Shown here: positions 1 through 11,800 of the stretch, piece after piece | How the letters are laid out: every line of letters begins with the position of its first letter | Position numbering within the stretch: the first letter of the stretch is position 1 | NCBI RefSeq assembly: GCF_001949145.1 | Contig: NW_019091362.1 | Span: 1-64,000, forward strand | DNA length: 64,000 nucleotides | Source: Acanthaster planci | Taxonomy: Eukaryota | Reading direction: 5' to 3' | Notes under the pieces: generated by a model | Told to the model about the DNA's origin: nothing | Databases searched by the model: none | The model's input: only the letters and a program-made list of their open reading frames with translations | Program-made: the position numbers and the translations under genes

Positions 1-67
1 AAGTTTATTGTCGTGGGCGCATCTTAATACATGTATTGTTTGATCTGTGGTTAATTTCAGATTAAAC

Positions 68-649
68 CTAGTTACATTCCACAAGTCTATATGCGTGGAA
101 AGTGTCAATGGCCATGAGTGTGATAGGGCTGACTGCAAACAGGGCAGCAGAATGCGCTACACTGACGGCAAATTTTCTTGGGCAGGTCGCTCTCCAATGG
201 GCAAAGCTGCCACAAATGAAGCAAGATCCCCCTTGGAATTTGGACATTCCGGCAAGGTAGGGGTAAGATTGGGAGGAGCGTCGAAAAGAACTATCGCCAG
301 TAGACGCCCACGAAGAGCTGCTGTCCCATCTGGTCTTCTTCTGTTGCTGAGTAGATGTCGTTGACGCTGCTCTCTTTTGCTTGGCCTTCCTTGCAGCCCT
401 GTTCTCTGCTCTGGTGATCTTGGCGTCGTCATCTTTGTTGTCAGGTAGCTGGTGAGACTTGTACTCAGATACGGTCACCCAACCATACGGACTTGAATCT
501 GCCAGCCTAATCAACTTTTGGCGCTTGTCAATCGCCTCTATGGCCTTCGCCAAACTAGCCTTTATATCAGCTACCTCCAGGTTGCCGTCATCTTCTACTC
601 TCTCTTTGAGTGTCTGGATGATCTCTCTGACTTCTCTGTACAAACACAA
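68..649 (-). mobile_element. Gag-like ORF fragment of a DIRS/tyrosine-recombinase-type retrotransposon, with CCHC zinc knuckle
   Basis: RQKLIRLADSSPYGWVTVSEY...DDDAKITRAENRA resembles invertebrate DIRS-like gag proteins. CFICGSFAHWRATC fits CX2CX4HX4C. No RT is visible in the window. Confidence 0.65.
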
Positions 650-1530
650 TTTACCCCAAACATTAAAGAAAAGGTAAAAAATACAGGGGAATTGTTAATT
701 CTGGAACAGTTAATTAGTTAATAGTTATTTATTATCATTATTGTTATTCCTATTATTATTAAATCATTCCTCAAGATTGATGCGAGTGATGTTTTTGTGG
801 CCTTTGTGGATACTCGTGTAATGTCCTGAAGGACCTTTTTCTGTGGTCATCTTCAGTCTGCTATGCCTTGCAGCGCAGATCTCCAGATACATATAATTTG
901 AATCTTTGACCTTACGCAATGCAACACTTCAATTTTCTGTCCCATAATGTTGATAGAAATCAGTCAGAAGCCACTGCCACAGAAACTGACCGTTATATTT
1001 GTGTGTGTTTGGGTACGTAGATGCATGGTGTCATGAATCTCATTTGACGATATATTGAATATTATCTTTGATCATCTTGAAAACTTAAAGTTGCAGTTCA
1101 AACAGAAGTCCAATCAGAATCCAGAAATTTGTTAACTCCAGGGTCGGAGATTTCTATCAATCAATAAATGAAAAAAGGTTGGGATTACCCGATCCTCTGT
1201 TTGAAACAACGTTTTAGGTTGCTGCGTTCTTGAGTTTGCTCATTATCTGCGCAGGTGACGACTCGGATTTTGAGCCAAGTAGAGAGCGGAAATTCGTATA
1301 AGTAGAACATTAGACATCACAAGCGTTATTTTTCATATAAGGCCCCCCAAAAGAGTGCATCCTATTCACATGAATTAAATGATTTGATTGCAAACTGGAA
1401 ATAATCAGGGAAATGAGACTGGAAAGGAAGAAAAGAACAAAAATAGAAGAAAAAACAATAGAATAAAAGGATCCAGGAATTAATACAAGAAATAAAGAAA
1501 AAAGTATTAAGTGATCTCCAGGTTTCTGAC

Positions 1531-1702
1531 CAGAAACGTGTAGATAGGCCGTGGAGGTCTCGGAGAGTGTCTCTGAAGCACTGTTAAAATTGTGGTAGGC
1601 ACTCGGGATAGAGCTGCCAGGGACAAAGATGTCGATGCATGTCCCGTAGTTTGAAAAGGACGATCTTTTGTCGTACTTATCAGTTGATCCTACGGTGACT
1701 GC
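1531..1702 (-). pseudogene. Isolated exon of a proteinase K-like subtilisin (peptidase S8), degenerate around the catalytic Ser
   Basis: AVTVGSTDKYDKRSSFSNYGTCIDIFVPGSSIPSA...TLSETSTAYLHVSG matches S8 motifs AITVGA...FSNYG.CVDIFAPG...SGTSMA.PHVAG. Bounded by a cag acceptor and a gtcaga donor. Confidence 0.8.
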
Positions 1703-1854
1703 CTGCCATGAGCAAAACATCCAGGATTTAACCCTAACCCTCCTCAATCCTTCACCTGTTGGAGGATTGAGGAGGGTTAGGGTTAATGAGATCTTAAAGA
1801 ATATTTGCAATGCATCAATTCTAGGAACTTAACCCTAAACTACAGAAACAACAC

Positions 1855-2140
1855 CGAACAGAAAAACGAAGAAGAGTCCTAAATCCTGCTTTGCGAACAG
1901 CATTTGAGAAACAAACGATGAAAACCTCAACGGGTCAGAAAAAGGGAAAAGATCAAAGGGCAAAATTAAACGACAAGAGGACAGAAACGAATAAAAACAG
2001 CACAAAACTAAACGATCAAAGAATAAAACCAAATGATCTAAAGACAAAACTAAATGGTCAAAGAGACAGAGCCAAACGATCAAAGGACGGAGTAAACGAT
2101 CAAAGGACAAAACGAAACAAACTAAGTCAAAAACGAACGT
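1855..2140. repeat. Degenerate ~21-bp tandem repeat (aaacgatcaaaggacaaaact-like)
   Basis: Repeated aaa(c/t)gatcaaag units give periodic spurious ORFs on both strands. Confidence 0.6.
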
Positions 2141-3210
2141 TGAGGGCGGCAACTGCTGACGCTATGGCTGAGTTTGGGTGGCCTGTTCTCGTATGTTCAC
2201 AAACAGCTTGATTTGTTGTTCGTCGGTCGGCCGCTCGAAAGCCAGAAACACACATGCGGTTATCACTTGTATAGTTATTTGTGGCAATTAACATGCAAAA
2301 TGGCGGCGACCTTGTGCATTCTTCGAGAGTTAATGTTTGGGTAACTTGGCTAACTTCTTTTCCATTTAAAATATGTCTGTTTTGGAAAAAAATATTCGTT
2401 TTCTGTTTATTCATTTCTGTCGTGGAAAATTATTAATGTTAATGTGAAGGTCGGTAGCCTTTTCAGGAACACCGTAGTGTTGTCTTCGNNNNNNNNNNNN
2501 NNNNNNNNNNNNNNNNNNNNNNNNNNNNNNNNNNNNNNNNNNNNNNNNNNNNNNNNNNNNNNNNNNNNNNNNNNNNNNNNNNNNNNNNNNNNNNNNNNNN
2601 NNNNNNNNNNNNNNNNNNNNNNNNNNNNNNNNNNNNNNNNNNNNNNNNNNNNNNNNNNNNNNNNNNNNNNNNNNNNNNNNNNNNNNNNNNNNNNNNNNNN
2701 NNNNNNNNNNNNNNNNNNNNNNNNNNNNNNNNNNNNNNNNNNNNNNNNNNNNNNNNNNNNNNNNNNNNNNNNNNNNNNNNNNNNNNNNNNNNNNNNNNNN
2801 NNNNNNNNNNNNNNNNNNNNNNNNNNNNNNNNNNNNNNNNNNNNNNNNNNNNNNNNNNNNNNNNNNNNNNNNNNNNNNNNNNNNNNNNNNNNNNNNNNNN
2901 NNNNNNNNNNNNNNNNNNNNNNNNNNNNNNNNNNNNNNNNNNNNNNNNNNNNNNNNNNNNNNNNNNNNNNNNNNNNNNNNNNNNNNNNNNNNNNNNNNNN
3001 NNNNNNNNNNNNNNNNNNNNNNNNNNNNNNNNNNNNNNNNNNNNNNNNNNNNNNNNNNNNNNNNNNNNNNNNNTTTAGATTAGGAACTTACGAAGTCCAT
3101 CACAGTTGTGCGTTTTAAGAGCAGCATCTTACCATGTGATAAAACTCATTATTCCGCTGCAGTCGCACGCACATGACTGAAAATAACGTTGGACAGGTTG
3201 ACGATGGCGA

Positions 3211-3800
3211 GTGAAGGATCCGTGCTTACTCTATCTTCCAAACTTTCTGCTCTTTATTGTTGTAACACCTAAGCTTCACACTTACCCTCAAGAGAACCAA
3301 GTCATTGTACGGATAGCCGCGGGAATAAACGACGTTACAACTTTTGCTTACGACGAAAATCGTGAGAATCGCGTTTTCAAACCATCATATCACAGTGCAG
3401 AAAGTTTGTTTTCAGAACTGCTTAATTTTCAAGGAGGCAATTTTAACTGCACGGCCTGATACTTACCTAGCGTTTAGTTGCAACCATTCCACCCGTGTCG
3501 TTTGTAAAGTTTCAGCGGAGGAAGAAACTCTTATATCCAACCTCGCTTCATACGTTTCAACACGAACTTAATACAACTTCCCTAGATGATGTAAATAATC
3601 AAATCATTAATCACAATTTAATCGAGCAACACGGAGTTACTTTAAAAACACTGTTTAGGCATAATTCTGTTCGGAAGACTGCAAAGAGAACTCGTCGTGG
3701 CAAAACCACACGAGTTGTAAGAAACCATTTTGTACACCTCTATTACGGTCTACATAAAACAAAACAGCGGTGGTTCTTTGAAATGTGTAGATCCTTTGCT
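3211..3800 (+). mobile_element. Frameshifted SGNH/GDSL-esterase-like relic, probably a retrotransposon ORF1-type sequence
   Basis: Joined across frames: VIVRIAAGINDVT (GxND-like block), FKEAIL...TIPPVS, LDDVNNQI, HLYYGLH (DGLH-like block). Confidence 0.4.
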
Positions 3801-5954
3801 TTCGACTGCCAAGTACTGAGAAATAATTCTTCAATGTAAGAATTTAGAAAACTCTTCTGCAGTTTGTAAATACTTTGCATACATTATCCTTTTTTTCATG
3901 ATGGCCAAAGCACCCGATGTAGTTGAACCCTTGTCGGCGGTGAGTCTTAAATTGCCACCGTCCATGGTTTGCACAATAAAGGCGCAATTCCAAACTCGCC
4001 AAATTACGAGCAATTAAATTCGCATATGTAGTGTCCTCACTTCAATAGGAGATAGCCCGAGGTTATGGGTGTGTTAATTAGCCCTCCGATAGTGAATCAG
4101 TACGGCACATTGAAAACCAAGCTAATTAAAGAACATAAGAATCTGAACAAAACCGGTTCCATCAACTGTTAATCTCTTAGGAACTTTGTGATAGAAAGCC
4201 ATCACAGCTTCTTCTTCCCCGTAAGAAGCAACTGCTTGGGCATGCCCCTTGACCCCTCCCCCCTAATTACGACCCACGAAATTATTTTGAATCTGCATTT
4301 ATATTTGTAGTTTTCTAATACAGGGGCGTAGAGAGACATTATTCATGTGTCGACCATCTTGAGTTTAAAGTGAGGTGAAACTTTTCATTTTGTAACCTCA
4401 GAGTAAAATAACTGTGACTAAATAAAAGTCCATACAAAATCCTGCTAATTTTTGTTTGGAGTGATTCAAATTTGATACAAACTACATCTAAATATAGGAA
4501 GTTCGGAACAAATATTAGTTTGGCACCACCTCATTAACAGATTATATTGAATATGACAGATTCAACGAACAGGATCTTTAAAAAATAGCTTCCCATGGTA
4601 CAGTGAAGTAGAAGCAAAGCGAAACGCCTCTGCCCCGACCATAGGTCTGACGACCTTAAGGAGATAAAGACGACGGAAAGAGGTTCGTTATCAATTACAA
4701 CCAATCCAAACGAGTGGACCTAACACCATCCCGTTCCATCCTCAAAGAGAAGGCCCAAAAGGCCTCAAAAGAGAGGCCCGAAGAGTTCTTATTAGATTGC
4801 TATCTGAATACTACAATATTTAACTCATTTTAAGAGCAAGTTAAACTACAAGCGTACTTTTTAAGCGTTTTAATTCACTGCTCAAATTTGGGAAAGTACT
4901 GAAGTTTTTAAGAACAGTTCATAGCAGTTAAAAAGCATTCTGACAGGTTTCTCCAGCTTTTTTTCGAATGGCAAAAAATGGAAAACTCTATAGGCCAAAT
5001 GCGTTAATGGCACGTCATAATTATAGACTAGCTAAATGGTACTACGAGCCTTTTTAACATGGTCCGTATAACTGAAACGTATGTGCATAATTTCCATAGG
5101 TCTGAACTGAGTGAAATTTGAAATCAAGCATTATTGTCATTAAACATTTATTAAGTGTGGAGAGCTACTGTGAATATCCACAAAATGCGAAAGATATCGA
5201 TGTAGTACTGTCTCGTTTTAGTAGGCTACCCAAAGAGAGTCGTTCCGGACTTCTGTCCTCTCAAGTAAAGTGGCTCTGTGATGACTTGCTGGGCACAATA
5301 CTGCTTACGGTCAATCCTCATCCTCCTGCCAAGCAGAGATAAGTTGGGCTGTTTTCTCCTTCAGATAAACCTTCAGTCTTTCCTTCTGGAAATGAAGACG
5401 AGTGGAAAATGCACAGTTTGGTATTATGTATTTATGTATATATGCATATATGTATTATGTATATATTATGTATTTTCTAAAGCACCTTAACCTACCTGTA
5501 TTCAACGACTTATTAATCTCTTTCACTACACTTTCATTGTGTCGTTGTTTCAAAGCATTCTTTCTCATTCTTAATCTTCCACATATTACAAACCCATTCA
5601 TACAATACACATTAGCAGTGTATTTTCTCTTGGGCATAAGCTGCAAAACTATTTCAGATTTATTTCATTCTACTTTTGGGTTGGGGATAGCAAAGAACTG
5701 GGATCTGTTCTGGTTTTAAGGTTTTTGATGTCGCGTTGTACAAGCATACACAACTTGTATACATAACTGAAGTTTCCTCCTTGAAGCTGAACTTCCAAGC
5801 ACCACAAGAACTACCCAGGTATTTTTAAAACCAACCTGACAATGCAAAGCACCTTTCGCAGTTTTAAAAAAGTTGTGCCTGAACACAACCAAAAGAAAGC
5901 TATCGGGCACAATTAAGGGAACAGATATGTGATTGACCTGTTTTACATGTGCGA

Positions 5955-6235
5955 TAGACCTCTTCACAAACAAATCATAATTATGCACGCATGGGCACAA
6001 ATGGCCTTGGCGGCAAGAAGTCTGAGCGGACCACTGAAAATGTACAGGGGTGCGACTTCAATAATCATTTTCTCTCAGTTTTTCTGTTTTGTTCAGTTTT
6101 TTCTCCAGAAAATCCCATTAAACCGTTTTCGCTAATAGCTTCTTATTTACGTGCAATTTTTAGTGCTCTGTAAAAAGAGCTTAAATCGTAAATTTTTCCT
6201 GTGCGCACAAGATCGTTGTTTCTTAGTATTGCTCC
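5955..6235 (+). repeat. Left arm of a ~280-bp inverted repeat pair (partner 7470-7750)
   Basis: tagacctcttcac...cttagtat is the diverged reverse complement of 7470-7750. ORFs 5929+ and 7529- give homologous translations. Confidence 0.85.
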
Positions 6236-6838
6236 TTCCATCATAAGTAGAATAAACTACATTAGTGTTAATGGAGCTAACCTGTGCATTTGTAAAAACA
6301 CGTACCGATGTTCATAGTACACTGTAAGTACATGTACATAGCTTACCATTGGACTTGGTCATAGACTGGAGTACTACCAAAAGAAATGGTATTCAGTTGC
6401 TGTGATTGGGGTTGTATAAGACAAAGAGCAGATTCCAAAGAGAAAGGGATCTGTGTTTTTTTTCAGATTTCCCAAGTGCAGAATCGAATGGGTACACTTA
6501 CGTTACGTGTACATTGAACCATGGAGGTAGACTGAACATCAGGGCGTACTACACAGGTTGGCTCAAAAACACTAATGATGCAGTTTATACTTTATTACCG
6601 TACCACTCAAAGCAAGGCATTGTCAACATATGCATGCAAAAACATACATATACGAACACATACATATACATGTATTTACATACACAAATATACATGTGTA
6701 TAATTATGACAACACAAATAATGCATAGTGAAGAATATTGACAGGCACTGAAGCAATGAGATGAGATATAAAACAATTAACACTTAAACTAAACAGACCA
6801 AAAGGTGATATCAGGTGGAATATCCGGTGCAATAAAAA

Positions 6839-7460
6839 TCAATTAGAAGTGTATGAGTTGAGGAGTAATTTCTTATACTTGCTTTTGAAACTAAACAGAG
6901 TACTCAGGTCTCGAAGAGATTCATCCAATGAGTTCCAGAGTTTTGGCCCCTCATATTTAATATTTTGTTGGGCAAGTCGGGTTCTTGTATATGATAAATG
7001 AAATTGTGAGGCTTGGCGGGTCGAGTGACACTGGAAACAAGAATTCATAGCAGAGTTAAAAAGGAGTTAGGAAGATCCCTTTTGGTTAATTGGAAAATAA
7101 ACATCCCTCGTTGAAAACGGTATATGTCATCAAGTTTCAGGGTTTTGTTATGATAAAATAATCAGTGTGAGCCAAATATGAGAAATGGTTTATAACACTC
7201 ATTGCCCTTTTTTATTTAAAAAAGTCGATTACATAAAGTTTGTAATGCGTTACCCCAATCCAAAATTCCATTAATTGTGTATGACAAAATGAAAGTATTT
7301 GCAATGTAAATACGATATGCTTAGGTATGATAAACTTTAATCTGTTAATCATACCAATATTTCTGGAAATAATTTTACACAGGTAATCCATACGAAGATT
7401 CCAAGACAGTTTGTGATCAATAAATAGTCCAAGAAACTTAGTGCTCTTAGTGCGACGTAT
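6839..7460 (-). mobile_element. 3' fragment of a LINE (CR1/L2-like) ORF2, decayed
   Basis: KFLGLFIDHKLSW...KIISRNIGMINRLK and RTRLAQQNIKYEGPKLWNSLDESLRDLSTLFSFKSKYKKLLL are typical post-RT C-terminal LINE motifs. Confidence 0.8.
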
Positions 7461-7469
7461 AATGGAAGG

Positions 7470-7750
7470 TGGCCATACTAAGAAACGACGATCTCGTGTG
7501 CATAGGAAAGGTATGATTTTAAAATCTTTTACAGAGCACTAAAAATTTCACTTAAATTTAAAACTAATAGCAAAAACGATTTAATGGAATTTTCTAAAGA
7601 AAGAAATGAACAAAGCCAGAAAACCTGAGAGAAAATTATCATCGAAGTCGCACCCCTGTACATTTTCGATGGCCCACTCACACTTGTTGCCGCCAAGGCC
7701 ACTTGTGCGCATGCATGCATGATTACGAATTTATTAGTGAAGAGGTCGAT
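7470..7750 (-). repeat. Right arm of the inverted repeat pair (partner 5955-6235)
   Basis: Ends in gtgaagaggtc, complementary to gacctcttcac at the left arm. Confidence 0.85.
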
Positions 7751-8851
7751 TAGACCGGCTCGGGAGAATGGACCAAATTAATGCCTGAGCAGCAGGTGAG
7801 GGCATTGTGGGTGTTCATTCTCCTGAGTCGGCCTTTAATGTTAGTTTAAGACCGACCAATTCCATTCATTAATGGTATTCATTCATTTTAGAGTAAGTGA
7901 AAGGAACGAATATACAGTAAATTTCAAAGGATTTTGTTCACGAATTTTACTTTCTTTTTCCCAAACACTCCCGTCAATTGATGGTATATTCTTGTGCAAG
8001 TGCATGTAGCCCAGAAGAGTCTCCCATTAATATGAGCCGTTTTCCAATACTCAACTTCTTCTCCGTCTCAGGCTTCGTGGCACTATCAGACTTACTATTG
8101 CGCTTATAACGTCAAATTTAGGAAGGAAAAAACAGTTGAAGGCTCAGACGGGGCCCAAGTCGAGTATGGGAAAACGGCCATGGACTTAGCGCGCGTAGCG
8201 AATTCCACCTGCCGCGTGCATACAGACTCCTGACCAATCGGAAACGATTAAACTGTATCGTATTAAGGTGCCAGCGCGTGCTTTACGTAGTGGCATTACT
8301 AATGTTAAAACATGGTCACTTGACGCCCGGGTATTTATGAATAAGGGAATAAAATGCGTGTCTGGCCTATCTAAAGCGTGCATTTAAGGCGGGTCTAGGA
8401 GAATGGACGTGATGCCCATTCATAAAAACCTTTTTAGTCAAAGAGTCAAAAGAAATTACTATATGACTGATGTTCAAAAGATTTTTTCTAGAATTTCACT
8501 TTCATTTTCACAAATACCCCGTCCATTGTATGGATTAGTCCTTGTACAAGTTGTCAGGAAGAATCTCCATGTATACTATGGGCTTGGCACCTGCGTGGCG
8601 TGTTCAGCGTGCCGCGTTGCACACAGGCTCTTGACCAATTGGGTGGCTTAAACTGTCTTGTATCCAGGTGCCTGAGCGTGTGTTTTTGGGTTTTTTTTTC
8701 AAATTTAGGGGGCATAATCAAATGTTGATACACGGTCACGTTGAGCGTTGTTTCATAGGGAAACTGTCTGAGGTACTTATGAATGTTTGTTTAAATGCTT
8801 AAGACAATAAAGGAATCTGCTGGAATTACAATTAGAATTACAATATTTTAC

Positions 8852-11800
8852 CTTGCGGCGTTCTGACCGGCTGCACTCTTTTATCAAGGCTCTTAGCTCT
8901 CGAACTTGTCTCTCCAGTTCACGTGCTTCCATGCCATCTGATGGGGACACCCTTGTTTTGTTGATTGGCAAAATGTGCTCTGGGTACGCCTGATTAAAGT
9001 TCCACTGAACTGTATCGTGACAAGACTCTTTACCCTTTGGTGTTACATTGTATGCAACTGGCCCATTCCAGCTGAATCCCAGGTAAAACGTCACAGTTTC
9101 TTGGCTGGGAGTGTGTTTCAAGTACGGATATGCCAATTTAACCCTTATCTTCATGCCCTTGGAAAGATGAACCAGAGAGGTATTACTGAGAAGAGTACCT
9201 TCCAAGCGAAGTAGTAATTTCTTTACAGCCTTTGACTGCCAGAAATTGTCATGTTCAAGCTTTCTTTGAGTCGCAAGGATTTCGTGGATGTGAACGAAAC
9301 TCTGGAGATCTTTCCCGTGACCCAAAAAGAAATGGGTTCTTGGTTTCACATCAAAACGTGCGTGACGACTAAACTTGTCTTCGCGCGACGATTGTTGGCC
9401 AAGGTGCTTCTGCCGACCGATCCATCGGTTCTGTAATCTATCTATGTGAGTTGATAAATCTTCCCTATCCCTTCTTTCAGAGATTGCATCAGGTATTGGC
9501 CACAGAAACATCATCATGAAGAAAGGTGGCCAGCAGTCAGTTTTACTATGATCCAGAGTATTTAACGGCCTGACAAATTGCTGATATACCTCGTCAGCTG
9601 ACATTACTTGCTCCCCTGCTGAGGAGAGCGCCAGGTGTATGCATACAAGATGCCTCAAATCAAAAACGTTGTAATGATCTGAATTTGTCAAAAGGAGGTC
9701 CCGTGCTTCTTTCAGATTGGCCCTTTGACATTCTTTTGCCAGATTAAATATGTCACCAAAACTTCTGCACTGCAGTTTTATTACCNTTTCTTCGACGGCA
9801 CTCAGCAAGACTTTCTGGGTCTTGGTCGATGTCACTGCTCTTTTCTAAAGGTGAGGGTTCACCATAGTATTCTTGATATGTCTTTGAGTATGTTCTCATT
9901 TTTTCTCTCATTTCATCCAATTTCTGTCCGGCAACATTTGCAGAAGAGCCGTCCTTGTAAAATGTTAAGTTGTCATCCATGATATGTAGTACAGATTCCA
10001 CTCTCTGTTTCAATTCTCTGATTCTCGAGCTGCAATCCTCATCGAATTTGGGATAACAATCTGGAGGCAGACGTAGATTCAGGAGGTATTTTCGGAGAAT
10101 GTTTATATCACCCTTGGTTCGGAATGGCTCCATAGCACATTGGATGACGTTTAGTAGTCTGAAGGCGACATCCACTTCTGCATATAAACCGGTGTACTCT
10201 GTCTTTGCATGGTTTCTTTGGAGACATCATATGACTTGTGAAAGGCCTCCATGGCTTGGAATGACAGGGAGATAACTTGTTTACACACGTCAGAAGAAAG
10301 GACTTGTTGCTCAACCAAATATTTTTTTGTTATGGCATTGAAATGTGTATTGTACACTCGGCCTTTTGTATCCCAAAAGTATGACTTCTGAGGGTTAAGT
10401 TTCAATGCCTTCTCGGCAAACTCTACGGCCTTTCCGAAATTCTTTTCTTTCAAATGAAGTCTCGCAAGCTGCTGTGCAATGAAGGCATCCTGGAGTATTT
10501 TGAAACCTGTTTGTAGTATTTCAGTGGCCTTTTTTGGTCCTTGCTGGTTGCAATTGTAGACGTCCTGAATGAGACGGGAGAAATCAGTTTTTGTATTATC
10601 ACCAGGATTCAATCTTGTGCGTCTTACAAGTAGATCGCGTGCTATTTTTGCCATGTCTTTTCTGCGGTAGGACCATGACCTCATCAAGTCACTGTTCAAA
10701 TACTCCAGAGCTACGTCCGCAATCGTTTGTCTCTCATCCTTTAAGATCTGTTTTAAAGCTTCTTGAGCTACACTTTCATGCAGAATTTTAATCGTTCGGT
10801 TCTCTGTCATCAACACGATGATTTTGAAAGGGGCTGAAACTGACTTTTCCCAATTAGTCAAAACTCTGCGGTTTAAATATGCCGTCTTTTGGAGTTTCAC
10901 GCCAGCCTCCATGAATGAATCACAACATGAGATAGGGATTTCTGCTTCATGCATGTACGAGTTCAGAAAGGCACACATTTTTATCAAACCTTTCTCAGTT
11001 TTGTTAGCATCACTGTGACGAAGTATCTGAGACACAACATCTTTGATGTAGTCCTTGTTGAATTCCTCTTTCATGACCATAAAGGCGAGCAAGTTCTGAG
11101 GCTTATAATGACCCGTTTTTAGTTTGCTTTCCTTGTCATCAAGCTCAATGTACTTACTCTCGAACCATGCTCTTTCTGCTTCCGTAAGTTTTTGCACCAA
11201 TGGAACATAAAGATCCGAATTGGTTTTAATCTGCTTGATAGTTTCTATTGGATCCATGTTCCGCTTGCAATGAAGAAGAACGCAGACAACCCCTCCCTTC
11301 ATAGGAGTATCCTTTGATGCCTCTTCTAGCTCTACAATTAAATCCAGGACTTCAACGTCATCAAAATCATCGATTAGAACGCACACAGGAGGGATATCAG
11401 CATTGTACTCCGTATATCCGTACCGTCTACACCCCAATATTTGGTTTACCGTATTGGTGGTTATCTTGTCAACTACGATGCAACGGTGATCCTTGTGAAG
11501 TTCCCATAAAATCTGTCGGCCAAAAGTGCTACCTCCAGCGCCAGGTTGGTGCAAAAGAGTAACTGTTACGATTAAGCTGTCTTCGCTCTTTGATCGGTCA
11601 AGTGGTTTCACTACTTTCTGAAGTGTTTTCCCGAATCCATTTCGCTTTAGCACGTGCCCACAAGCATGTGGACGTTTTCTTTCTCTTTCATCTATGACAA
11701 AATTCCACCAGTCAATCTTTGCACCCCGGTAAAAGTTAAGTTCTTTCTTTTCTGCAAACTTTTGATAGCCTTGAATTGATTCATCAACATCGGTGTTTTC

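Noticed and set aside
7970..8103. Candidate terminal exon of gene A (RNSKSDSATKPETEKKLSIGK..., minus strand)
   Set aside because: Phase-compatible, but the acceptor is weak and there is no similarity to gene B's last exon.
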